From positions 8,680,001-8,744,000 of the forward strand of contig NC_087254.1 in assembly GCF_037042905.1 (NCBI RefSeq): a stretch of 64,000 bases of DNA. The letters run 5' to 3'. Below, piece by piece: positions 1-11,048 of this stretch. A program made the translations under genes and the position numbers. The notes under the pieces are model-generated. The model was not told the origin of the DNA. It saw nothing but the letters and a program-made list of their open reading frames with translations, and did not search any database. The stretch comes from Lytechinus pictus (Eukaryota). Numbering within the stretch: position 1 is the stretch's first letter; every line of letters starts with the position of its first letter.

Positions 1-221
1 TCACAATACGTCTGCGACCTTTTGGTCGCACAACAGGCTGCACAGGCATCAATCGCTAATCGATTTTATAAGATCGCAGAAGGGCTTAAATAGATGCAAT
101 AAGAGGGCACCAGCCCCCACCAGGATCTAGCTAGGAATTTCCGTGGGTGATGCAAAACTGTTCTTTTTGAAATTATGTACTCGGTTGTATTTGTTAAGAT
201 CTCTTTTTTATTTGTTGTTGT

Positions 222-252
<31 letters not shown>

Positions 253-990
253 CAAAGGAACTGTTGCTGGGCTAGCGCCATGAGCGTCTATGGACGGTGT
301 GTGCGCTCAATTAAGATATCTCAATAGTTATTATTGTTATTATTAATAGCTGTCGTACAACAATTGCGACCAGTAAGTCGCAATAGCTTCATGGTCGCAC
401 TGACTCGCATTATGCTCGTGCGAGTCGCCTTGCGTTCACATGCAAGTGTAAATAGTTGCACGACCGACTGCATAGTCATAAGAGTTGACGTGAGGCATTG
501 CGATCGCTCGTACGATAGACCATTGCGACTAGTCGTACGATCTGATGTGAGTGAATTGATCGTATTTGATCGTGTTTGGATTTTGAAAATGTTCAAAGTT
601 CAGATTAGACCAATCACGATCACCTCGGGTTGCGAGTGCTCGCAAGACACCAAGAAAAAAAAAACTGTTGCAGGCCGTCGTAAACTGATCGGGAGTCAAT
701 TATGTAAGGGCCTTATAAAAGCGCGTTTCACAAGTGGTAATGGACTGCTTACGACTGTTGTGATTGAGTGCAACATAATTGTGACCAAGATCGCAAATGA
801 TCGAACGAGCAATTGTAAAAACACGTTAAGAAGTTACCAACGACTTTACTTGGTGAGGCTTTTTGGGGAGTAAATCTGTTCCAATAATTTCGGGTGTGAT
901 TTACCACAAAAAATGGTAAGCGGCCCCAGCTTTCAATCGATAATTTAGTTACCGATTACTAGACACTCCAAAACAAACGCTAGTCAAAAT

Positions 991-2004
991 TTATATTTTC
1001 TTACATGACATTTTCATGAAGCAACTACGAAATCCTTTTAAGCAAATGCATCTTGCTTCGGCGTTTGTCAGTATGTATACCAATGGTTGCAAACATGCAC
1101 AGGTTCCAGCAATAACGTCAAGCATGCGCTTTGTAGATTGATCAGTTGGTAGGAAGTAGGTGAAAATATATGGTAGCCACGATATATAAAAGGAACCTGT
1201 GAGGAGAAATACTTTATAGAAACCTTTAAACCTCCCTCGATGTGGCTTATAATTCATTTTTCCGTTCTGCACATCTCGAATTTGAAAGTTATCGGACGCG
1301 TCACGAGCTCGTACACGATCTGCAACTGTGGAAATGCCATTATCCATGTTAACATTATTAACATGGACACGTGGGTCTGCTTCAACCCTAAAAACTCGAC
1401 GTGCAATTACTAAAAGTTTAAAGTATAAGAGTGTCGTTAAAAGCAGAGTCGCCAAAATTGGACAGGTTTTGATTACTGTGTGAACGGTCGATACCCAATG
1501 AACCTCTACATTAGCTTGAACGAGGCAACGTTTCACATAGAGCTCAATGAAGGGTGAATTGGGAATAGGAAGATAAACTCCACATGACAATAAATTTATG
1601 ATGAGAGTTGCGACAAGTGTATTATAGAATCGGGTTCTTGTTACTAATGTAGGATATCGTAAAGGCCTCGTGATCAGTAGATAAAGATTGAGACACGTAC
1701 CACTGCGACACGTCAGTGCAGAGAGTAGGGATACTTGATACACGTATGGGAATGTCATGCTTACGATCATACAAGTTTTCTCCTTTGGGTAAGGTGTAAA
1801 GTACATTATGGCCCATAGGTTCCAGGTGCTCCCTAAAATCATATCTGAAATGGCAAGTACCTTATACAGCACACGCATGTATTCTTGTAGTTCCTTTTGG
1901 TTTCCTATTACATTGAGGACGATCATGTTCAAAATAATACACATTGCAATATTTACGATACTTAGTACGTCAGGTTTCTTTCCAAAATCGTCAGCTTCTT
2001 CCAT
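991..2004 (-). CDS. Intronless class A (rhodopsin-like) GPCR 'A', 337 aa, putative chemosensory/orphan receptor
   Basis: Seven hydrophobic segments; TM2 LAISD, TM3 end LNLYLLITRPLRY (DRY position degenerate), TM6 SWLP, TM7 QPLVY, helix 8 NAEAR. Confidence 0.92.
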   Translation of the reverse strand: MEEADDFGKKPDVLSIVNIAMCIILNMIVLNVIGNQKELQEYMRVLYKVLAISDMILGSTWNLWAIMYFTPYPKEKTCMIVSMTFPYVYQVSLLSALTCRSGTCLNLYLLITRPLRYPTLVTRTRFYNTLVATLIINLLSCGVYLPIPNSPFIELYVKRCLVQANVEVHWVSTVHTVIKTCPILATLLLTTLLYFKLLVIARRVFRVEADPRVHVNNVNMDNGISTVADRVRARDASDNFQIRDVQNGKMNYKPHRGRFKGFYKVFLLTGSFYISWLPYIFTYFLPTDQSTKRMLDVIAGTCACLQPLVYILTNAEARCICLKGFRSCFMKMSCKKI

Positions 2005-2490
2005 TCTGTTTCAGTCCCCTTTTTATAACTCTATCCTCAGAAGTATTTGTGATATCCAGAATTTTCTTGGCTACTATCGAGACATTTGGCACATAAGATA
2101 CATCTCATAAGTCTGCGGCTGTCGGCTCAGTTGAATGTGCCTGGAAACTCTCCTTCACAAATGTGGGGTCGACAGTAGCCTGGACGAGGTTTTTCCTTTA
2201 CATGATGATTCTGAGCGTACCAAGAATTCGCCAATGAAAGATCCTAACACTTCAAGCATGTACTTATCTAGTACCACTTTGAGATAGATAGCATTAGGTC
2301 AAAATTGTTGACTTCTGCATTGTAATATTCGGTAACAACGCACAAATCACTCCAAAAGTATTACTAATCTAACTGAACAATTGTTGGATATACCAGATCT
2401 AGGAAATGATTGACATCTTAATTGAAGTTGCGTTTCGAAAAACAAAACAGCCATCCATCATATTCTGGAATAAGTAGTCTCTCTTAATTG

Positions 2491-2889
2491 CAAGTTCGAA
2501 CGAAGTTGCAAATTCGTGACTTTAAATGTAAACTTGGTCGTAAGACAGCTACAAATATTTGGCCTAAAACATCTTACGTCAACGTAGTTTGAAATCGGGC
2601 ACAAATTTAATTGCCTATCGTAATGAGATACATTCTCACTCTGCAGTAGTTTAGTGTAAATAGTACATGTAAGGGAATAAATGTCAGTGTCAAGTTCGAA
2701 CGAAGTTGCAAATTCGTGACTTTAAATGTAAACTTGGTCGTAAGACAGCTACAAATATTTGGCCTAAAACATCTTACGTCAACGTAGTTTGAAATCGGGC
2801 ACAAATTTAATTGCCTATCGTAATGAGATGCATTCTCACTATGCAATATTTTAGTGTAAATATTATCTGTAAGGGAATAAATGTCAGTG
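2491..2889. repeat. Two near-identical 200-bp tandem copies
   Basis: CAAGTTCGAACGAAGTTGC...ATGTCAGTG starts at 2491 and again at 2691. Confidence 0.9.
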
Positions 2890-3023
2890 CGCGAACACCC
2901 CATCCGACTTCTTCATGGATCATGTTTGGTAAGACGGTCTTTTTTATAAGAGCAAATCAAAACCTCCATTGTGAAGGTACTGATGAAACACAGTCATAAC
3001 TAGAGAATAGAACCAAGTGATCA

Positions 3024-3154
3024 GGGGCCCGTATCACGAAGCTTAGCAATGATAGTAGAACAGTTTTCTACGATTGATTCTATTGACTACAATGTACAAT
3101 CAATCGTAAAAATCAAGCGTACGATTAATCGCTAACCTTTGTGTTACGGGATCC
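3024..3154. mobile_element. Short MITE (PIF/Harbinger-like); related copy at ~51776-51925
   Basis: Imperfect TIRs GGGGCCCGTATCACGAAGCTTAGC / GCTAACCTTTGTGTTACGGGATCC. Confidence 0.55.
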
Positions 3155-3399
3155 TGATCATCATTAAGAAATATGCACAATTTACGTCACAAACTGTAAA
3201 TTGGCAATCAGACGTATACTTTAGCATAACTTAACATTCAATAAAGCTTACGAACTCAAAATCTGAAACACTAAATGGTGGGGGTAGCAATTGTGGTGTA
3301 ACATGGATATCTTTTGTTTATTTGGCCTCAAATGCTTTACTACATCTCGAACGCAGTCTTTAAGAGAGAGCCAACAAGATCCTTCAGGTACCTCCTGGT

Positions 3400-3530
3400 G
3401 TGCTGCGATGGCGTTACTAACAGGTCAGACGTACAGATACGGATAAAAAGATCCCATTATTGATCCCTGCGGTACTCCCCATACCCTCACGTCCAGTATT
3501 GCTTAAGGTACTTTGAAGTCAGTCAGTACC
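3400..3530 (-). mobile_element. Degenerate non-LTR retrotransposon RT fragment
   Basis: Minus strand around 3452-3483 encodes WGVPQGSIMG, matching the GVPQGSxLG RT motif; no long ORF. Confidence 0.4.
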
Positions 3531-3613
3531 CCAAATTAGTTTGTCATTTCCAGTTTATTACATTACATGAATTCATATTTCCAAAAGTTATTCCGGTGTT
3601 GATAGAAATTTAA

Positions 3614-4166
3614 AGGAAACCAATACCCAAGAAGAGAAGCAATCTTATTGGTAAGAGTAAAATGAGAGGAACAATTAAAAAAAAAGTTTCATCTAAATCG
3701 GTAATGAAATGAGCAAGTTATGGACGTTTAAAAAGTCTTGTTGTACTTTGTATGGGGATCCTCAAATTGGCAAACGTGCTTCAAAATGGCTTATTTTGTG
3801 GACAACTCTCCATTTGTTTTGTACACAAATTTTCAGATTTCCCCCTTTATTTTACATATTTCACATTATCTCCTCCTGATGTTGACATATGGCGTGTGAA
3901 TTATATTTTCCCATGACACATGTTGTGCTCAGAAGGAGGCAAGATGCAAAATTTGTGTACAAAACAAATGGAGAGTTGTCCACAAAATAAGCCATTTTGA
4001 AGCACGTTCGCCAATTTGAGGATCCCTACTGAAAGTAAAACAAGAATTTTTAAACGTCCATAACTTGCTTGTTTCATAACCGATTTTGATGAAAATTTTT
4101 TTTTAATTGTTCCTCTCATTTTACTCTTTCCAATGAAATTGCTTTTCTTCTGAGTTTTTGTTTCCT
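3614..4166. mobile_element. Non-autonomous Kolobok-type DNA transposon
   Basis: TTAA|AGGAAAC...GTTTCCT|TTAA, with long (~200 bp) internal inverted repeats. Confidence 0.75.
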
Positions 4167-4616
4167 TTAAAGCGTGTTTAAAGGCAGTATTTGGCGAGTT
4201 ATAACAAATTCGTTTCACAATGACTTTATGTTTCGTTTAAAAGTAACAAAACTTTTTTTTTTCTAGATAACGGGAATAGACAATTCAAATTGTCTATTCA
4301 TTACTCATATTAAAGGTTTTGGTCATATTTGAACAAATCTTTCATTTGAAATTCATTTTTTTTTTTATTCAATTTGGAAGTCAATTTAAATCGCAGGGGA
4401 TTAACTTCATTAGGCCATATATGTTTAATGGAGGAATAGAGAATGTGCCCAAAAAGTGTCATAGACGCCTTTTAACTCTGGTTATAGAATGGCATAAATT
4501 GCGTTGTTGTGGCTATTATTTTTGCAATGTAATGTGGATCCTAGCAATTAACATCGATAGACCAGGGTATTGTTAGTGATCTATGGTTAGACTAAATACA
4601 GTGGAGATGCTTTCCA

Positions 4617-5648
4617 TTATCTTCTCAAACGTTTAAGGCAATGACGGAATCCTCCCAGGAAAAGACATCTTGCCTCAGCGTTTGTTAATATGTAGATAAC
4701 TGGTTGCAAGCAAGCAAAGCTTCCTGACAAAATGTCAAAGATTAGGATTTTAAAAGGATTCAGTGGTATCACGAAACGAAAGGTATATGGTAGCCATGAA
4801 ACATAAAAAGAACCTGTAAGAAGAATTACAGTTAATGAACCTTTCAACCCTCTTCTTTGCCGACGGACAAGGTTGATGTCGCCATTCTGCACATCTCGAA
4901 TTTGCCGACTTTCCGGTTTGTGACTGCGACCAAGAGGTTCAGAAAAACGGTCTTTATCTTCCATTCTAACATTATTAGCACGGAGACGAAGGTTGTTAGG
5001 GATGACTCCAATCTTACTTATTTTACATGCAATAAGTAGAAGTTTAATATAAAGTATTGTAGTAAATATCATTGTTACAGCTATTGGAAATAGTCTAACG
5101 ATCGTGTGAACAACTGAAGTCCAATCATCAATCTTCATCAAGCTGTCAGTCTCGATGCAACGTTTAACCAAAACTTTTATAAAAGGTGAACCGGGGATAG
5201 GCAGGTGTATTCCAGAGAGAAGTAGAATCGCGAATCCCGTAACACTAAGGGCCAGGTGGAATCGGGTTCTTGTTACAATACCATTGTATCGCAAAGGCCT
5301 TGTGACGAGAAGATAAAGATTAAAACACGTGGCAAAGCGAGAGGCCATTGAACACAGTAAAGATGCCTGATAAACATATGCAAATGACATGCTTATGATG
5401 GTGCAAGCATATTGGCTAGCATAAGCTCTCCAGAAAATGTCCCATAGGTTCCAACTGCTTGCGGCAATCATATCAGAAATAGCAACTATCTGGTAAAGCA
5501 CTCGCATGCAATCCTGAAGCTCTTTTTGGTGCTTTATGATAATAAGGAGCATCATGTTTAAAATAATAGACACAATAATTTTGACAATACTGAAGGCACT
5601 AGGCTTAAAAAGCTCCGTTGTACTTGTAACATTGTCCTGTTCTTCCAT
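4617..5648 (-). CDS. Intronless class A GPCR 'B', 343 aa
   Basis: Paralog of A; N-glycosylation sequon NVT, VAISD, FNLYLLVTRPLRY, SWLP, QPVIY. Confidence 0.92.
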   Translation of the reverse strand: MEEQDNVTSTTELFKPSAFSIVKIIVSIILNMMLLIIIKHQKELQDCMRVLYQIVAISDMIAASSWNLWDIFWRAYASQYACTIISMSFAYVYQASLLCSMASRFATCFNLYLLVTRPLRYNGIVTRTRFHLALSVTGFAILLLSGIHLPIPGSPFIKVLVKRCIETDSLMKIDDWTSVVHTIVRLFPIAVTMIFTTILYIKLLLIACKISKIGVIPNNLRLRANNVRMEDKDRFSEPLGRSHKPESRQIRDVQNGDINLVRRQRRGLKGSLTVILLTGSFYVSWLPYTFRFVIPLNPFKILIFDILSGSFACLQPVIYILTNAEARCLFLGGFRHCLKRLRR

Positions 5649-5804
5649 TTTAGATGCCTGTATTGGTTTCTTGCAGGGGAAAAAAAATCAATTTCAAACG
5701 TCGTGTTTCGATAGAGGCAGATAATAGCTCATGGCTCCAGGTTGACTCGTCTAGTGGATGGGTTTTCTGAATAAGGGGCGCTCGCCATTGCAGTCTTATA
5801 TCTC

Positions 5805-5954
5805 GGTCACATTTGCTCTACGGCGGCCGTACGGCGAGTCGAAAACAACCAATTAAACATTTCTTGTACCCGCTACATATAGGTGGTTTGAATAAAAATG
5901 AATAAAACGGCTGTTTTCGACTACCCGTAGGGCCGCCGTAGAGCAAAGGTGACC
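5805..5954. mobile_element. MITE upstream of GPCR B
   Basis: TIRs GGTCACATTTGCTCTACGGCGGCC / GGCCGCCGTAGAGCAAAGGTGACC; absent from the duplicated copy at ~15670. Confidence 0.75.
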
Positions 5955-6347
5955 AATTTGTTATTGCCAAATGAATGCATATCACGGGGATAAAGTTCCC
6001 TATTGCGTCAGCAGATATGGCATAATTTATCATTATTATACAGAAGAATGATAATCAGTCGTGTGGCTGTCCATTATGAAACTAATGAAAGGCATCAACC
6101 TTAATAGTCGACAAATATAAGCCTTAGGAAATGAAAGACAGTTTGATTAAACTTTTATACTGAGCACTGATCATCCATCAAAATTATATGAAATAAGCGA
6201 AGCATTTTTCTAAGATTTCAAACACCACCACAAACAGTGATTTCAAATTTAATCATACGATTAAGTAAAGTCCACAATTAACACGAGAGCGGTTTAAGTT
6301 CTAAGTTGTGATGCCTAGTCCTTGTCCATGTTGTTTGGCACAAGTTA

Positions 6348-6560
6348 CACTCTAAAAAAAAGTTTACCCAATATTGGGTAAAATGGGAACATGCATGTTG
6401 GTTTGGTAAAAAAGTACCAAATATTTTGTAAGTTTTACGCAATATGGTGTTGAAATTTACCCTTTTGCCCAATATGGGGTTAGAAAAAAATACACAGCAA
6501 ACATGCAAGTTCCTTTTCTACCAAATATTGGGTAAAATTTTACTCAGTGTTTTTAGAGCG
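6348..6560. mobile_element. MITE with CAC termini flanked by TA (CMC/EnSpm-like)
   Basis: TA|CACTCTAAAAA ... TTTTTAGAGCG|TA, with internal ACCCAATAT/ATTGGGT repeats. Confidence 0.6.
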
Positions 6561-7023
6561 TACGATGGCATCATAAAAAACAAAAGCTTAACTGGATCAG
6601 GATCAAGTCCATCAACGATCAAATACATCAATTTCTTATTCTTCCGAAGTGGTGGAAAAGACGGAGAATGATGTACAATAAAACATATATATATTCAAGA
6701 ACTTTTCACCCAGCAAGCAAATCAAAAGAGCATATACAGTATACTAACCATCAGGGAAATTAACCAGTGCTGTCCAAGCTAATTAAAAATGTTTGTCCGG
6801 TCAAAACACCTGGCCGCCACAACCGCGCAAGCCGCCATGCATACCTTAAAGGCCGACCAAAAACCATTTGCTTTTGACCACCTCAGGTCGACCTTGATTG
6901 ACCTTTAGGTCTTTCCAGTTAAAAATATCATGCCTTTCATATCTAAATTTTGGCCGGCTAAACATGATAAAAGGCTGGACCAGAGGGCAAATTGGAATCA
7001 GTGATCTGCAGTTTACACTTTAA

Positions 7024-7420
7024 AGATAAATTTCAGTTGTGGGGACGATCTCAAAATGACTATTTACAGAATTTAATATAATGATCACCAAAGTGTCTGT
7101 TTGTATGAATACAAAATATGTGCCAACGGATTCTGGAAGAAATTGAGTAACTGCTGAGAAATAAGCAAAATAAGCGCGGATTCTGTCACTTCCGTCGGGT
7201 CTTTATTCCAGCAATAATGATACACTGTCCCACGTGTGCCTATCTGTGTTGGCGATCTTCAGTGTGATCGTTTTTTAGCTCAGATATTATGATTTCACAA
7301 AGTTCAGTTTATGTAACTGTATCAGATCTAGATCGTCGATGATATAGTAATACTTATAACCTTGGTTTTACAGACTTTCCCACGAAATCAGTATTTTACT
7401 GCAACTACTGTCATTTAGCT
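7024..7420. mobile_element. Non-autonomous Kolobok-type element with TTAA target duplication
   Basis: TTAA|AGATAAATTTCAG...CTGTCATTTAGCT|TTAA; the paralogous site at ~16460 (CACTTTAAGGTTTG) is empty with a single TTAA. Confidence 0.85.
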
Positions 7421-7803
7421 TTAAGGTTTGTCTCCTTGAACAAAGGATAAGATGACTGTTGGGTTAACAACTTATGGTCGCCACCTGAAGATGGAGATAA
7501 AACTGATATTTCCATAAGAACAAGAAAGTACATACTTAATGTGGAAATCTGGTAGAAACTAGTTTGGAAGAGGGTCAAGATAGAAACATTTGGTTGAATC
7601 GACTAGTCTAAGTAAGATGTTGAAGTATAAAAATGTTACCAATCACTATAACATTACTTCTTCCAAATGAGAAATGTCCACTATTCTCAGGTAGATGGTT
7701 TTATAGCTTTTTCGCAGCCTATTATTTCGCATTCTGGGTTCCGTTTCGGCGTTCATCTTCAAACGGTAATTATGCTTATTCATCCAATGCTCACCTCCGA
7801 AGG

Positions 7804-8815
7804 TTATTCTTTTAGGTACTTCCTGAAAGCATTCAAGTACAATGTTCTAGCCTCAACATTATTAAGCAGGTAGAGAATAGGTTGCGTCCAGGTGCTGCTT
7901 ATTGCAACTCTGCTAACGATTTCCAAAGATGAAGAAAACATCGATATTACAAAGCTTAATACGAGAAATGGTGTCCATGCGACACAGAAAGACAATGTCA
8001 GAAGCGAAATCGTGAGGAACTCTTTGTATTGCCTTTGGTATTGGCGATTACGGTTTCCGTCAAGATCTACTGCATCCGCATCAGAAGTGATACGTCTCCA
8101 CGACCGAAGCAATAAATTGCAGATCCCTGTCTTGCCACGGTTAGGGTTTCCAGGAATGGCTACAGTATTCCTTATCTCACGGATGATGAACATAAATCTG
8201 GTGAAGATTGTCGTCGTGAACACAACAGTTGCACAAATTGGTAAGGTAGAGTACAATGTATGTGCAATATATCCAACGAGGTGCAGTTTTGACACTTTGA
8301 GATAGACATCGTTCTGTTAAGAGTTGAATGAAGGGCGACTGTGGAATTGGTAGGTATACCCCATGTACCAATATAACAAAAACATATGCTGTCGAAAGAG
8401 CAAGGTAAAACCTTGTTCTGGTTAGGATCGTGAAATATCGCAGTGGCTTTGCGATGAGAAGATAGCTGGTCAAACTGATTCCGCAAAGACATATCATCAC
8501 ATAATTCATAGAAACCTGATATAGATATGCGAACGTCATGCTCAAAATTGTGCATGTTTCCCTAATTTTAAGAGAAAACCAGAGAATATTCCAACCATTC
8601 CAGGTAATGCCCAGTGTCAGTGACATATTCGATAGTGTCAAAACCTGGTAAAGAAAACGAGTGTAGTCTTGATGTTTCTGTTGATGATGCATTACAAATA
8701 GTTGTATTGCGTTGAACATAATTGATAGAAATATTGCAATGACGCAGTAAACATCTATAGGGCCCTTCATTGTAGAGCTCGTATCTGCTGCGCCAGAAAA
8801 AGCTGTAGTATTCAT
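7804..8815 (-). pseudogene. GPCR 'C' pseudogene (frameshifted copy of 16818-17825)
   Basis: 2-bp deletion at ~8268 (TGCAAT-ATATCC vs TGCAATGGATATCC) splits it into ORFs 8177-8815 and 7804-8295. Confidence 0.88.
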
Positions 8816-9589
8816 GTCTCCAAACTACTCGGTATATGCTTTCGGGAATGAATTTGATGATTTTAGAAAAGACTGAGCAATTAGTACGTTTTATGTCCAT
8901 TCTTCATAGGCAACTCGTGTTTGCTTTATAATGAACTTGAAGATAACACAAATGATGGTGTTAATACAACGGACATGTACTTCACTCTCAACGTGTCATG
9001 TTAGGAAGCAGCAACATGGTACACACACTCATGTTAGGACTGGCTGTCTATTACATTTTTAATTATGCTTCCTATTATCATCAAGCACCATCAAAATCTG
9101 TCATGTTTACAAACCCATTTGATTCCTGAACATTATCTACATGCTCATTTATTACCAGTATCCCTTCTTAGAGTAGAAAGCATAGGAATTAGTAATTTGA
9201 TCAAAGGGACTATAATCTAGGCATATGTGACAATTTTCCTTAATTTTATGGGGGAACCATTCGAATTTTCGTTTGTGGAAGAATCATATTCTAATTCATA
9301 CTTTTTCATACATTGTCAATGTCATTCGTTCCTTTACAAATACATAAATCGGAATATTGCATTTGGTTAATCACATTTAGAGACTGGATATATTTAGATT
9401 GGTCATCAAGTTTTATAAGTATTCTTTATATTTGAATGAATATTGAACTGTTCTTTGATATGACAGGTACCCATGCACCCCATTTCATTCAATATCTATA
9501 TACTACTGTATCATTATCTGATACAGTATCAACACAAACAAATATGCATTTTAAAACTATAATTGAACATGTAACCAATTCTATGCCGA

Positions 9590-9800
9590 GTTTCTAGGAC
9601 AATGAACCCCCTGACAATGAACCCCCGGACAACTACCCCCTGATAATTACCCCCGAGGACAATTACTCCCCCCCCCGGACAACTACCCCCGAGGACAATT
9701 ATCCCTCCCCCCGTAAAACTACCTCCAGACAACTACCCCCCGAGGTCATTTACCTCAAAAAAACAATTACCCCCCGAAAAATCACACCCCCCCCCCCTTC
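9590..9800. repeat. C-rich GGACAA(C/T)TACCCC minisatellite-like repeat; other copies at 18565-18765 and, inverted, 19720-20040
   Basis: Many ~17-22 bp units with C4+ runs. Confidence 0.8.
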
Positions 9801-10627
9801 TCTCCGGCATCGATGTAGGAATCAAGGGAGACCCATTGTAAATCTTGGCCGTCGGCACAGGTTTTCGAAATATTATCTACTTTATCTTAATAACTTTCTC
9901 TTTCTCTTTCCCTTTCTCTTTTATATTGCTCTTTCTCCCCTCTCTCTCTCGCACTTTCTTTTTTCTTCCTTTTTCCCCCTTTTTCTTCCCCTTTTTTTTG
10001 GGCGGCGCCTTCCGCGTCATGAAAATGAGAGTATATGCATCAGACATTTTTATGTAAACTGAACAATTGAACAATCATGAAAGGACACAATTACACATAA
10101 TAATCACAAATGCTGAATATCTCTGATTCCAACAGATCTGATTTTTATCTATTTTGGGTTGAATTTCAGGAAAAATATAAGGCAAAGATAAAACGTTAAG
10201 AAGACACCTTCATAGGTAGAAGTATTGAAAGTCGATAACGCATCCATGAACACTAACACTGACGAGTATAAAATTGTTATTTTAAAACAATTCAACAAAC
10301 AAGAAGAAGCTAAGAATTATGAAACAATTGGTGCACATTCCAGATTAAGCTATGGCTCTATAACTTAATTAAGTTTAATAACTTTGAAGCAAAGATTAGG
10401 TTTGCCCGTATATTGACATGATAGGTACATTCACTACCTTTCCTTTTTCTCGTATATATTTCACCGTAATAAACTTTATATTTTGCTCAAACGTGACACA
10501 ACATACTATGGTGAAGAAAAAAAACAAAAAGGATTTACCGCAAAACAGTTTCCTAATTTGTATGTATTCAGCTTGGACTGGACAGACGTTTAAAAAGATT
10601 CATGAGCGCATATTCAAAAGATCAATT

Positions 10628-11048
10628 TCATCTCGGACGAATAGCCACATTGATTTTCAGGCACTTCTTAAAAACATTCAAGCACAATCTTCTCGCCTCA
10701 ACATTTGTCAGCAGGTAGAGTATGGGCTGCGACCAGGTGTTGCTTACCGATACCTTAACTAGTATATTTAAGGAATATGGGGGCATTGATATTAAGAAGC
10801 TTAAAAGAAAGGGCATCCAGGCAATACAGAACGAAGCAGTTAGAAGGAAAGTCATGAAGAATCCTTTATACCGCCTGTGATGTGGACGGTCACGGTGTGT
10901 GTTTAGATCTCCAACGAAATCCAACCGGGAAGCAAAAGGTGCTTCATCACTATGGCAAAAGCAACTGCAGAACCCTCTTTTGCCTCGTATACGGTTTCCG
11001 GGAATGGCTACTGTATTCCTCTTCTGATGGACAATATACATTAACCTG
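10628..11048 (-). pseudogene. GPCR 'D' 3' fragment (end of TM5 to C-terminus only)
   Basis: Nearly identical to 20961-21381 (RLMYIVHQKRNTVAIPGN...WSQPILY); homology ends abruptly at 11048. Confidence 0.88.

Noticed and set aside
334-873. 179-aa ORF as a gene
   Set aside because: Lies in a TGCGAC/GTCGCA-rich repeat and has no recognisable domain
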